A DNA stretch of 58,680 nucleotides from an uncultured virus (IMG/VR IMGVR_UViG_3300027582_000004) (lineage: Duplodnaviria; Heunggongvirae; Uroviricota; Caudoviricetes), in IMG/VR virus record IMGVR_UViG_3300027582_000004. One strand, written 5' to 3'. Below are positions 36,449 through 45,458 of the stretch, one piece after another. The translations under genes were made by a program, and so were the position numbers. A model generated the notes under the pieces. The model ran no database searches. It was not told where the DNA came from and was given only the letters and a program-made list of their open reading frames with translations. How positions within the stretch are numbered: position 1 is the stretch's first letter; each line of letters begins with the position of its first letter.

Positions 36449-37049
36449 ACTTTTTATTACAGGTTGTAACCAAACACACTCTTGGATGTTACCTTGGTTT
36501 AAAGAAAACTTTTACAAACATAATCCAGATGCAGAGTTAATGGTATTTGACTTTGATGTATTGTATACAGATATAGAAGGATGGTTTAAGAAGCCAGCAG
36601 TAATGCTCCATGCTTCTACTCTTGCCGAGAAAGTATGTTGGCTCGATACTGACTGTGAAGTAAAGGGTAACTTAGATGGCATTTTTAATTATATTCTACC
36701 AAATAAACTTACAATGGCTATTGATCAACCATGGACTACAAGAAGACCAGATCGTGGTAACTGGTACAATTCTGGCGTTGTAGCATTTCAAGGTCAACCA
36801 ATTATTTTATCTGAATGGCATAGACATATTGCAGAAAAAATTACTAATGAAGTTGGTGATCAAGAAGTATTAAATTGGATGCTAGGTGGAGACACACTTA
36901 GGGAATTACAATATATTGCACATATGCCTCGACTATATAACACACTAAGAATAGATTTTATTGATAATACAGCCCCTAAAAACCATAAGATAGCACACTG
37001 GACTGGTCACAAGGGAAAAGAAAAGATAAGAGAATTGATGAATGGTTGA
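36435..37049 (+). CDS. GT-A (GT8-like) glycosyltransferase
   Basis: GWFKKP, WLDTDC, YNSGVV, GDQEVLN, HWTG. Confidence 0.75.
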   Translation: MKSSKLFITGCNQTHSWMLPWFKENFYKHNPDAELMVFDFDVLYTDIEGWFKKPAVMLHASTLAEKVCWLDTDCEVKGNLDGIFNYILPNKLTMAIDQPWTTRRPDRGNWYNSGVVAFQGQPIILSEWHRHIAEKITNEVGDQEVLNWMLGGDTLRELQYIAHMPRLYNTLRIDFIDNTAPKNHKIAHWTGHKGKEKIRELMNG

Positions 37050-37638
37050 TGTTGCACACGTAATTGGTAATGGTAAATCCGCAGGATACTTTGATCACAA
37101 TGCAAAGGGAGTGAGAATTACATGTAATCTGCCTCCTATGGCTGTGCAGAATGTATTTGCAACTGTTATGGTAGACTTTAAGATGATGAGAGCTATTCAA
37201 GAGGGTAGTGTTCAGGTACCAGGCAATTGGGTTTTAGGTCAAAGGCCTAAGATGCATATGGAACAAAATAGTTCATTCCATATTAGACACGCAAGGCAGA
37301 TCCGTGAATTTTATACTACCCTACCTGAATATGTAAGAAACTATACAGATTTTAATTGCGGGCATATGGCAACACATTACACTTGTTCTAAGTTCACACC
37401 TAAAGAGTGTCATATGTATGGATTTAATTCTATCTTTGACTTTGATGTAAGTAGCAGTACTGATCTATACATGGAGTCTGATCGTAGTGATATGAATAAT
37501 AATAGACTTGTGAACAACTGGCGAGGTGTATGGCCAAATATATTCAAGGAATTTAGTGATACTGAATTTAAGATATATCACAAGCATGATCAAATTAAGT
37601 TTAAATTACCAGAAAATGTTAAAATAGTCATACCATAG
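37042..37638 (+). CDS. sialyltransferase/Maf-like Rossmann protein
   Basis: HVIGNGKS, TCN, NCGH, MYGF pattern resembling CST-II/DUF115. Confidence 0.45.
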   Translation: MVDVAHVIGNGKSAGYFDHNAKGVRITCNLPPMAVQNVFATVMVDFKMMRAIQEGSVQVPGNWVLGQRPKMHMEQNSSFHIRHARQIREFYTTLPEYVRNYTDFNCGHMATHYTCSKFTPKECHMYGFNSIFDFDVSSSTDLYMESDRSDMNNNRLVNNWRGVWPNIFKEFSDTEFKIYHKHDQIKFKLPENVKIVIP

Positions 37639-37640
37639 TG

Positions 37641-37669
37641 TTTACATTACTGCTGAAATAGTTTATAAT
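37641..37669 (+). promoter_or_regulatory. early-type promoter
   Basis: TTTACA-N17-TATAAT. Confidence 0.7.
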
Positions 37670-37704
37670 AAATACTATAATGAGCAATAATAGAAGGACA
37701 TCAT

Positions 37705-37842
37705 ATGATTAATACTATACCACCTTCGGATAGTGACGATCCATGTGATGATTGGTCGGGAAATGACATTAACACAAAAACGTCAAAAACGCAAGAAAAG
37801 ATCAAAAGCACAAATGGAAAGGACCATGCTACAAATATGTAG
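37705..37842 (+). CDS. hypothetical protein, 45 aa
   Basis: SD AAGGA, MINTIPPSDSDDPCDDWSG... Confidence 0.45.
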   Translation: MINTIPPSDSDDPCDDWSGNDINTKTSKTQEKIKSTNGKDHATNM

Positions 37843-38101
37843 TGAGAACATCAATATGTATGTTCCTTGGTATATCATGGCAGCGTATGCTTATTATGTA
37901 GACGATGATCCAATCTTAGAAGACTATACGTTTGATAAGATGGCAACAAAAATATTAAATCACTATGATGAAATAGAACACATACACAAACATCTATTAA
38001 CTAAAGATGCTTTGACTGCTGGAACATATCTTGGAGAATATCCATCAAGAATAAAAGGAGCCTTAGATGAAGTCAGACACATCGCAGATGTTGTATCATG
38101 A
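37826..38101 (+). CDS. stand-alone NAD-dependent DNA ligase domain Ia-like protein
   Basis: AYAYYVDDDPILEDYTFD; SD AAAGGA before MLQIC. Confidence 0.6.
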   Translation: MLQICSENINMYVPWYIMAAYAYYVDDDPILEDYTFDKMATKILNHYDEIEHIHKHLLTKDALTAGTYLGEYPSRIKGALDEVRHIADVVS

Positions 38102-38156
38102 ATGGTTGTTAGTGAAAGAAAAAGAGCTTCGTGAAGAAAAAGAAGCAAAAAAACAC

Positions 38157-38185
38157 TTTACAACCAAATCAAAGTGTGTTATACT
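38157..38185 (+). promoter_or_regulatory. early promoter
   Basis: TTTACA-N17-TATACT. Confidence 0.75.
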
Positions 38186-38209
38186 AAATAAGTCAGAAGG
38201 AGATATTTA

Positions 38210-38350
38210 ATGACTGTAGAGGCTACTCGGCTAGAAGAACTAAAAAAAGTCTTATCCAAGAATGGATTTGATTATATGGTAAAATTTCAAGACGGTGGTC
38301 TCGCACAAGTGAATATTTGGATAGGAGAAAGCAATGGAATTCAATCCTGA
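38210..38350 (+). CDS. hypothetical protein, 46 aa
   Basis: SD AAGGAG, MTVEATRLEELKK... Confidence 0.6.
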   Translation: MTVEATRLEELKKVLSKNGFDYMVKFQDGGLAQVNIWIGESNGIQS

Positions 38351-38498
38351 AAACATGACTGAGCAAGAGAAAGAAGTCAATAAAGACATTCTTTTATGGG
38401 CTGCACAACAGCCTGCTGAAAAGTTACAGGGCAAGCTTGGTGATAAAAGACTTATTGCTGAAGCATATTGGAAAGAAAAGCTAGGAGATACATTATGA
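38334..38498 (+). CDS. hypothetical protein, 54 aa
   Basis: SD AGGAG, MEFNPENM...; ATGA overlap with the next gene. Confidence 0.6.
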   Translation: MEFNPENMTEQEKEVNKDILLWAAQQPAEKLQGKLGDKRLIAEAYWKEKLGDTL

Positions 38499-38953
38499 AA
38501 ACACTAACACTTATTACTGCACTAGTTGCAGCCACCCCTGCAGTAGCGGATAAAGTTACTGCAAATGTTACAGATCGTTTTAAAACTGTCTATGAAGATG
38601 TCCCTTACACAAAGAATGAATGTGTATTGGTTGATAAGCCTATATATGGTACAACAGTTAAAGAAGGTGATGCCGCTGGTGGCGCCCTACTAGGTATGAT
38701 CCTAGGTGGACTTGTTGGTAAAGGTGTTTCTGGTGACGACGGCGGTGCTGCAGCTGGTGCAGTAATCGGTGGTCTAATTGGTGCGGATAAAGGTTCTAAG
38801 CCTCAGCGCAATAGACGAATTGTTGGTTATGAGACAAAGCAGCAATGCACTGATGTCACATATTATCGTTCAGTAGAGCGTACGGTTTATGATTACTCTG
38901 TAATGGAATTCGAATATAAAGGTGAAGACATTACTCTCACCTTTCGTAAGTAA
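38495..38953 (+). CDS. exported glycine-zipper 2TM protein (YcfJ-like)
   Basis: Signal peptide; GALLGMILGGLVG...AAAGAVIGGLIG; flanking Cys residues. Confidence 0.8.
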   Translation: MKTLTLITALVAATPAVADKVTANVTDRFKTVYEDVPYTKNECVLVDKPIYGTTVKEGDAAGGALLGMILGGLVGKGVSGDDGGAAAGAVIGGLIGADKGSKPQRNRRIVGYETKQQCTDVTYYRSVERTVYDYSVMEFEYKGEDITLTFRK

Positions 38954-38959
38954 ACAATA

Positions 38960-39036
38960 GGATACGTAGCTCAGCAGGATAGAGCAAGTGCCTTCTAAGC
39001 ACTAGGTCAGAGGTTCGAATCCTCTCGTATTCGCCA
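38960..39036 (+). tRNA. tRNA-Arg(UCU)
   Basis: Cloverleaf: GGATACG/CGTATTC acceptor, agtgc-CTTCTAA-gcact anticodon arm, GGTTCGAATCC, encoded CCA. Confidence 0.95.
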
Positions 39037-39053
39037 TAATAAAGGAAAAGAAA

Positions 39054-39416
39054 ATGGAATTAGCATTCCTACTTTTTGTACTAATGGGTACAAATGCCGA
39101 ATTAGAAAAAGCTAATGCAGGGTTAGAACAACTTAATATTGAGGTAATAGAACTTGCATTAGAAAATCAAGAGATGTCTGATGATATTGCTTTAATGCAA
39201 GCAGACATAGAAGCACTTAAAATTGCTGATGCCAAATTAAATGAAGAAATGAATGATTCGTTTATAAATCATGCAACATCAATTGCTCTTAACCATGCTA
39301 ATATAGCACATTGGAGAAACGAGCAAGATGAATGGCAAAAAAGATTCGCGCTTGATTTTCAAATCTATAAAGACGAGCACGGTATAGATCACATTAAAGA
39401 TGATCCTACTGAGTAA
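39054..39416 (+). CDS. coiled-coil protein with hydrophobic N-terminus
   Basis: SD AAGGA; lies between two tRNA genes. Confidence 0.65.
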   Translation: MELAFLLFVLMGTNAELEKANAGLEQLNIEVIELALENQEMSDDIALMQADIEALKIADAKLNEEMNDSFINHATSIALNHANIAHWRNEQDEWQKRFALDFQIYKDEHGIDHIKDDPTE

Positions 39417-39493
<77 letters not shown>

Positions 39494-39512
39494 ATAAAGA
39501 AAGGATATATTC

Positions 39513-39758
39513 ATGGTTGATGATATATTTGATTTTGGCTTTACAGCCGTTGATGAAGATGAATTAGAAACGGTTCAAGTCACACAGAAAAAAGCAGAGA
39601 ATACAGATGAGAGGTTGAATGGCCTCTATAATGCTATCGTACCTTTGTTAACAAATCTAAAGAAAAATCCAGAAAAGGATTATATTCTTTGGCCTAATCG
39701 TCTCGATAAGATAGAAGAATTCGAGACACTACTATTAAAAATTTACAAAGGAGGATAA
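39513..39758 (+). CDS. conserved phage hypothetical protein
   Basis: FDFGFTAVDEDE...PLLTNLKKNPEKDYILWPNR. Confidence 0.75.
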   Translation: MVDDIFDFGFTAVDEDELETVQVTQKKAENTDERLNGLYNAIVPLLTNLKKNPEKDYILWPNRLDKIEEFETLLLKIYKGG

Positions 39759-39759
39759 T

Positions 39760-39981
39760 ATGTTTACTGCAGGTATTATGATGTGTCTGCTAGGCGAACC
39801 AATGAACTATATAAATTGTTCTATTATACAATCTGACTTTAGATACCCAACAGAAGAAAGATGTTGGGACGCTATAAACAATCAGATGGCTATGTTACCA
39901 TTTCAAGATTTATCTGATAGGTATCAGCCACGTTATGCACAATGTATTATGTGGATCGAACCTAAGGGTAATACAACTTAA
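39760..39981 (+). CDS. small Cys-containing hypothetical protein
   Basis: SD AGGAGG. Confidence 0.65.
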   Translation: MFTAGIMMCLLGEPMNYINCSIIQSDFRYPTEERCWDAINNQMAMLPFQDLSDRYQPRYAQCIMWIEPKGNTT

Positions 39982-39994
39982 ATAGGAATATATT

Positions 39995-40138
39995 ATGAAT
40001 TACAGTGAAAATGCTAAAAGATTAAAAGAGGCTTTGGCTTTGGATAATCTAAACACTAAATGGTCTCAAGCTGGTGATAACTACGTTAGAGTAGCACTAG
40101 AAATAAGACAAGAACAACTTGAAAGGAAAACAGTATGA
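39995..40138 (+). CDS. hypothetical protein, 47 aa
   Basis: SD AGGA; ATGA overlap with the next gene. Confidence 0.55.
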   Translation: MNYSENAKRLKEALALDNLNTKWSQAGDNYVRVALEIRQEQLERKTV

Positions 40139-40425
40139 CAAGTTTTATTATGGATTGGTGGAATTTAATAATGGATCACGAAAAAAATCCATTGGCAAAT
40201 ATCAAAGATTTAAGAGTAAGGCATCTTGTTATGCAGATCCTTGCTTGGATGTGGTGTATTGTCTTTACTGCAATGACTGGTACTTGGATGTATCTAGGTA
40301 TTAATATTCTATTTCATGCCCTATTACTATGTGGCGTTTTCATAACTGTATCAGTATTTGAAGCAGCTAAACGTAAGCCTCAAATCTTTTATACACTACG
40401 TGGTGAAGGAGGCGAACATGAATAA
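40135..40425 (+). CDS. 2-TM membrane protein
   Basis: NPLANI...RHLVMQILAWMWCIVF. Confidence 0.7.
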   Translation: MTSFIMDWWNLIMDHEKNPLANIKDLRVRHLVMQILAWMWCIVFTAMTGTWMYLGINILFHALLLCGVFITVSVFEAAKRKPQIFYTLRGEGGEHE

Positions 40426-40537
40426 GATAATGCTTGCAATCGTTATTGGGTTTCTACTAGCAGTAGGTACATATCAATGGAAAGATTGTTTAGGAGAAAA
40501 TTCATTTATGACTTGTGCAAGAATGTTAAATAAATAG
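40418..40537 (+). CDS. small membrane protein, 39 aa
   Basis: SD AAGGAGG, TM segment, two Cys. Confidence 0.55.
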   Translation: MNKIMLAIVIGFLLAVGTYQWKDCLGENSFMTCARMLNK

Positions 40538-41299
40538 GTGTTTAAATTGTTTAAATCTCAATATGAATATCGTATGGAGTATGAACAGGTATATTCTGAA
40601 GAAGTTGAACCACAATTAAACTCAGCTGAAGATTGCCACCACCATGCGATGTTTATACAAGGCAATCTTCACTTTGATAATGGTCGTACATATGTATTTA
40701 AAGATGACTTTGGAAGATATGTATCTACCTTTGTAAGTCAGTATTCTGATATTATGGAAAGAAACTTAGAGCCAGGTGTAAAAGATGGCGTACTGGCTCT
40801 ACAGAAAAAAGGCTATCTAACCTTTACCAGTTGCCAAGGTCATGACGATTCTAGGCACAGGTACATTGGTGTTGTATTTAATACAAAAGAACAAAAGGCA
40901 CAGTTCATGAAGGAGCTGAAAGCCTTAAAGTGCGATACACATTTTTATGATAATGTTATTAATACAGAAGAAAGACCCTGTAAGGAAGTCCCTTGGTGGT
41001 CTGAAGGTGGCATTACATTACATATTGTTTATGATGATCAAACTTATAATAACACAAGTCAGATGGAACGGCGAGAAAAGCCTTACACTGACAGCGATCT
41101 AACTAAATTTTGGAACATACAAATGTGGCGCAACTATGCACACTATGAATGTATTGTTTTTAGTTTTGGTTATCCTATGTTAGAAAAGACTTTATGGCAA
41201 AGAATACATAAGCATTTGTTTTATAATCATTATAGAGTTACCAGTTCATATTACTCTTTTCTAAATAAAGTTAATAAATTATCAGAGTACCTAGCCTAA
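40538..41299 (+). CDS. hypothetical protein
   Basis: GYLTFTSCQGH motif. Confidence 0.65.
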   Translation: MFKLFKSQYEYRMEYEQVYSEEVEPQLNSAEDCHHHAMFIQGNLHFDNGRTYVFKDDFGRYVSTFVSQYSDIMERNLEPGVKDGVLALQKKGYLTFTSCQGHDDSRHRYIGVVFNTKEQKAQFMKELKALKCDTHFYDNVINTEERPCKEVPWWSEGGITLHIVYDDQTYNNTSQMERREKPYTDSDLTKFWNIQMWRNYAHYECIVFSFGYPMLEKTLWQRIHKHLFYNHYRVTSSYYSFLNKVNKLSEYLA

Positions 41300-41316
41300 C
41301 TGGTGAATAGAAAAGA

Positions 41317-41324
41317 TATAAATA
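41317..41324 (+). promoter_or_regulatory. late promoter of the exported-protein operon
   Basis: TATAAATA. Confidence 0.7.
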
Positions 41325-41358
41325 AGGCATATACAATCTTTTTTGACTGGATTTTAAT

Positions 41359-41940
41359 ATGTTACAACGACTAGGTTACCTAGCGGTTTTGATCTTTCTA
41401 ATTGCCGCTAATACTTTACATGCACAAGATGCGACAGATGATATTATCTACACAGATAATACCAATGATAGCACTGTAGATAGCACAAGTCGATCTACAA
41501 CGACTGTTAAGTCACCTCCACCTTCTGCTATTTCCCCCTCAATCAATTCTGCTAACTCTGACCTCTGTACTACAGGTGTGACGGGTGCTGTTCAAACTCA
41601 GATACTTGGTATTTCAGCTGGTAAGATGGTTCGTGATATGAACTGTGAGAAGCTAAAGAATGCTAAGGTATTATATGATATGGGTATGAAGGTGGCAGCT
41701 GTTTCAGTAATGTGCCAAGATGAACGTGTCTTTGATGCTATGATGAATGCAGGTACTCCTTGCCCATTTGATGGTAAGATTGGTGCTGAAGCAAAGGCAG
41801 CATGGTTGGCAAATAAAGAATTACAACCAGACACAGATACTGGTTCACTCAACCCTTTAAAGGACTTAGATGAAGATGAGAAATCAACTTTATTTGGCGG
41901 CGCTACTGTTGGGGGTCTCCTCCTCCTACTGTTACTCTGA
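41359..41940 (+). CDS. exported Cys-containing protein with C-terminal TM anchor
   Basis: Signal peptide; four Cys; PPPSAISP; C-terminal GGLLLLLLL. Confidence 0.7.
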   Translation: MLQRLGYLAVLIFLIAANTLHAQDATDDIIYTDNTNDSTVDSTSRSTTTVKSPPPSAISPSINSANSDLCTTGVTGAVQTQILGISAGKMVRDMNCEKLKNAKVLYDMGMKVAAVSVMCQDERVFDAMMNAGTPCPFDGKIGAEAKAAWLANKELQPDTDTGSLNPLKDLDEDEKSTLFGGATVGGLLLLLLL

Positions 41941-42784
41941 TACGACGTACGGAGGAACAACTAACGCAGCCATAGCTGGCCTATCTTGGGGTATGGGAAC
42001 TATCTTACCTGACACAAGTGGCCCTTATATTAGCGTACAGATCCATGGTCTGACGTATAGGTATAAAATGGTTAAGGATCCAAGTGCGGATGCTACAGTT
42101 TATGTGCGTAATGAAGATGCAGTAAATGGTGGTTATGTGTTTGAAGAAGTAGATGATTGGGATGGAATTCCTGGAGGTACAGTACAGAAATATTTTAGAT
42201 TTCCGTATATAGATTCCTCAAGATGGGGTAATGGATCAATGTCTGTAGAAGGCGATGGTCAGATTGAAGATCCTTTTATGGTTTATAATTACAGACAAGT
42301 CATTGATGAAGAGCTTCAGAAGTGTTATCTAACACCATTAGCTGATCCTCAATGCCCTGGATTTGATGATGCGCTTCTAAATTATCTAAATACTATGGAA
42401 GAGCCTACAGCAGACGATCCTTTTTATGATGAATGGGTACAAGCTAACTTATCATTAGATGAGGAAGTAGAAACTAAAGAAGAAATCGAAGTAGAAGAAC
42501 CTGAAGAGGAAGAAGCTAACTTTGAAAAAAGAATGGGAGCAGAAAGTTCAATTGATGAAATGGTTAATACTACAGAACAAGCTTCTATATTGGCAGCTCT
42601 GGCACAAGTGCCAAAAATTGAGCCTTACTATATAATAACAATACCAGGTGGTGAATATAACGATGTGTTACAATTTGAAAGTACAGATATACCTGACAAC
42701 CCTCGTGCGATGCGGAGCTTTGCGACTGATACAAAACATCAGTCAATGGTTCGGTCGCAATATAATAAAGAACAACAGGAGTAA
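41870..42784 (+). CDS. exported acidic protein
   Basis: Signal peptide; CYLTPLADPQCPG; Glu-rich linker. Confidence 0.7.
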   Translation: MKMRNQLYLAALLLGVSSSYCYSDTTYGGTTNAAIAGLSWGMGTILPDTSGPYISVQIHGLTYRYKMVKDPSADATVYVRNEDAVNGGYVFEEVDDWDGIPGGTVQKYFRFPYIDSSRWGNGSMSVEGDGQIEDPFMVYNYRQVIDEELQKCYLTPLADPQCPGFDDALLNYLNTMEEPTADDPFYDEWVQANLSLDEEVETKEEIEVEEPEEEEANFEKRMGAESSIDEMVNTTEQASILAALAQVPKIEPYYIITIPGGEYNDVLQFESTDIPDNPRAMRSFATDTKHQSMVRSQYNKEQQE

Positions 42785-42787
42785 CTT

Positions 42788-43297
42788 ATGTTCAAACAAA
42801 CACTAACTTTAGGTGCTATCGGTGTTGTGTGTTCAGTAGGGGCAATTGCTCAAGCTAACAACACACCAATTACTGGCAACGTATCATCTAAATGTTCAAT
42901 TTTCACAGACACATCTGGTGTGTATGGTAACCCTACACCTGATGAACTAAGCACTAAAACAGCTGACGGTGGTATAGATCCAGTAGTCCGTTATGATGTT
43001 ACAGTTGCTGACAAATATAAAGCTAAGATTTCTTGGCCTAACTCATTCTCAACAGCACCTAATCTTTCAGATGGAGTAAACTGGGATGGAGAAACAACAG
43101 TTAAGAGCCATTCTGTATCAGGTATGTCTGCTTATGAAGCAGCTAAAGTAGAGTACGACAACGTAACAGAGTTTGATTTAACACTTGCAGGATCTACATG
43201 GTTCTCAGTTGAGTCAGAAGCTAAGTATGGTGTTGGTAAATCACTACCAGGTGGCGAATACAAAGCTAACGTAGTTGCTGAGTGTATCGCAGATTGA
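42788..43297 (+). CDS. fimbrial/pilin-like exported subunit
   Basis: Signal peptide; PITGNVSSKCSI start and LPGGEYKANVVAEC end, as in chaperone-usher pilins. Confidence 0.55.
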   Translation: MFKQTLTLGAIGVVCSVGAIAQANNTPITGNVSSKCSIFTDTSGVYGNPTPDELSTKTADGGIDPVVRYDVTVADKYKAKISWPNSFSTAPNLSDGVNWDGETTVKSHSVSGMSAYEAAKVEYDNVTEFDLTLAGSTWFSVESEAKYGVGKSLPGGEYKANVVAECIAD

Positions 43298-43394
43298 AAT
43301 GGTGGCAGTAGTTCATCCAGTAGCTCCAGCGGCAGTATGACGTGTAGAAGGCTAGGTGGGTGTCCGTAAAACTGTACGAAGGTAGAATATTAAG

Positions 43395-43772
43395 ATGATG
43401 AAATATAAATTCGCTGCGGCACTAATACTATTTGCTAATAGTGCCGCAGCTCATGAACTGACACCAACCTATCCTGAGATAGAACCAGCTTATGTTGAAG
43501 GTGTATCAGTTATAAAAATGAAGATGTGGAATAGACGAAGTGATGCAAGTTATTACGAAATAAATGTGTATGATGATGAATGGAAATCAGTACCATTTGC
43601 AGCACCAGAGAAAGTTATGAAGATAGGGTATCTGGAACATAAATCTTTTGAGTTGTATGTAAGAGATGCTGATTGTGACAAGGTAACTTATATCTGTACC
43701 ACTTCTAAGCAATTGAAACAAGATGTGCAATCGACAGGAATTAAATCAAGGATTTGTTCGAGAGTAAAGTGA
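43395..43772 (+). CDS. putative periplasmic pilus chaperone-like Ig domain
   Basis: Signal peptide; HELTPTY...MWNRRSDASYYEINV pattern similar to the PapD N-domain. Confidence 0.5.
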   Translation: MMKYKFAAALILFANSAAAHELTPTYPEIEPAYVEGVSVIKMKMWNRRSDASYYEINVYDDEWKSVPFAAPEKVMKIGYLEHKSFELYVRDADCDKVTYICTTSKQLKQDVQSTGIKSRICSRVK

Positions 43773-43780
43773 GATGACAT

Positions 43781-44185
43781 ATGAGAATACTAACACTATT
43801 GTTTATTATGATTGGAGTTTCAGCACACGCTGATTCATCATCATTAAACTTACAATTGCCAGGATCTGGTGGTAATTATCAATCGGACAAGTTTAGAGCC
43901 GGTGAACTAGATTGTACTAATGCAATTGGATCAGCAACAAACTTAGAGTTTGGTGTAACTGGTATTATTGATAAAGAGTATTATGATCCTCAAAGAGATT
44001 TTACTGTAGGTCAACAAACTGATGTAGGTGTATTTGCTAGAATAACAATACCACTTGGTAAGAGAACTAAATCAAGAATTGATTGTAACAGATTATATGA
44101 ATTGGAATTAAGAAAGAAACAATTAGAAGTTATGAAACTCGAGAAAGAGTTACAGCAACTTAAAGAACTAACATTCGAGGATTAA
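43781..44185 (+). CDS. exported protein with beta hairpin and C-terminal coiled coil
   Basis: Signal peptide; NLEFGVTG...VGVFARITIPLG; two Cys. Confidence 0.65.
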   Translation: MRILTLLFIMIGVSAHADSSSLNLQLPGSGGNYQSDKFRAGELDCTNAIGSATNLEFGVTGIIDKEYYDPQRDFTVGQQTDVGVFARITIPLGKRTKSRIDCNRLYELELRKKQLEVMKLEKELQQLKELTFED

Positions 44186-44186
44186 A

Positions 44187-44882
44187 ATGGCAGAGTTTGA
44201 ATTTGCGGGTACAACTTTTAGAGGCGGTAAGATGTTTGCAATTCTTACAGCACTCTCAACCTTAGGCGGTGGTGCCTGGGGTGGCTTTGAAATCTATAAA
44301 GATTATATGGATATGAAAGAGATTATCCAAGAGATTGACATTGATGAAATTAATGCAGCTAATGCGTTACAAGTTCAGAAGTTGGAAGATGCTATTGGTT
44401 ACACTCAAGACATTAAACAGGATTTAAAAGCCGACATCGATAGGTTAGAGGCTCTGGTCGAGTCACTGGAGGGTTCTGTAGAAACATCAGAGAGTAAAGT
44501 GCGTTCATTGCGTACAGAAATATATGCAAAGATAGATGCCTTTGAAGAAAGGTTCCGCCTTACACTTAAAGATAACCAAGATGTAATGGCTAACTTGAGA
44601 GACAAGATCGCAAGTGAGCTAAGTCTATCAGAAGCAAGAATTAAAACAACTCAATCTGATATTGGTACTACACTAGAAGGTGTTCGTACTGAGATGAATA
44701 CTGTACAGAATAGTGTTACTAAATCAATTCGTGAAGTCGAATCTGTTATACGAGAGACAGAAAAAGATGTACGAGACACTATGAGAGCTACAGAAGAAAG
44801 AATAGAGCTGGATCAATCTAATTTAGAAGAAAGAATGCGTACTCAACTACAAGAAGCATTGGATAATCCACTATCTAATTAG
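44187..44882 (+). CDS. membrane-anchored long coiled-coil protein
   Basis: N-terminal TM ...TLGGGAWGGFE; heptad repeats; ends ALDNPLSN. Confidence 0.7.
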   Translation: MAEFEFAGTTFRGGKMFAILTALSTLGGGAWGGFEIYKDYMDMKEIIQEIDIDEINAANALQVQKLEDAIGYTQDIKQDLKADIDRLEALVESLEGSVETSESKVRSLRTEIYAKIDAFEERFRLTLKDNQDVMANLRDKIASELSLSEARIKTTQSDIGTTLEGVRTEMNTVQNSVTKSIREVESVIRETEKDVRDTMRATEERIELDQSNLEERMRTQLQEALDNPLSN

Positions 44883-45000
44883 TGTAACATATATGTAACA
44901 GAATAGAAGAAAGTGCATTTATTTGCACTTTTTTTGCATTTAGGGGTTTACATCTGTGTTTGGATGTGTTATAAGAGTTATAGAAACAATAATTAAGGAA
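44883..45000 (+). promoter_or_regulatory. TGT-N12-ACA box, palindrome and early promoter cassette
   Basis: tgtaacatatatgtaaca; aaagtgca/tgcacttt; TTTACA(44947)-N17-TATAAG. Confidence 0.85.
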
Positions 45001-45006
45001 TATAAT

Positions 45007-45264
45007 ATGTCAACAGATTTAAGAAATGTACCTAACTTGGATTCAAATGCCGAATTAACTCAAACTCGTTTTTGGGGCGGACAAGATCGCAAGCAGTGTG
45101 TTCAGATAACACAGAAAAAACCTCGTGGATGGGAAAAGCCTACTACATCAAATGGCTTTTTTAACCATATAGATTTGACTCGTGAGCAAGCTCGTGAGTT
45201 AGCAGTTGAATTAATGTTATTCGCAGAAGGTCGCGAATTAGAAGCTGAATTTGAAGGAGTATAA
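45007..45264 (+). CDS. early hypothetical protein
   Basis: Start MSTDLRNV after the cassette SD. Confidence 0.75.
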   Translation: MSTDLRNVPNLDSNAELTQTRFWGGQDRKQCVQITQKKPRGWEKPTTSNGFFNHIDLTREQARELAVELMLFAEGRELEAEFEGV

Positions 45265-45265
45265 T

Positions 45266-45457
45266 ATGTTAGATTTTAAAACACTTAAAAAATCAATGTC
45301 AACAGACAATTGGATTGTCAAGGCTTACCACCATATTGATGGTAAAGCCACAATGGTTGAATTCGCTTCTGGTCTGAGTCACAGACATGCTAAAGAATAC
45401 TTTGCTCGTTTACGTGATACTAATCAGTTTTCTCAAATAACTATGAAGGAGATATAA
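45266..45457 (+). CDS. hypothetical protein
   Basis: SD AAGGAG before MLDFK. Confidence 0.65.
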   Translation: MLDFKTLKKSMSTDNWIVKAYHHIDGKATMVEFASGLSHRHAKEYFARLRDTNQFSQITMKEI

Positions 45458-45458
45458 T

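Noticed and set aside
43295..43345. Selenocysteine decoding of the pilin-like UGA
   Set aside because: No convincing SECIS hairpin directly downstream and no redox motif context
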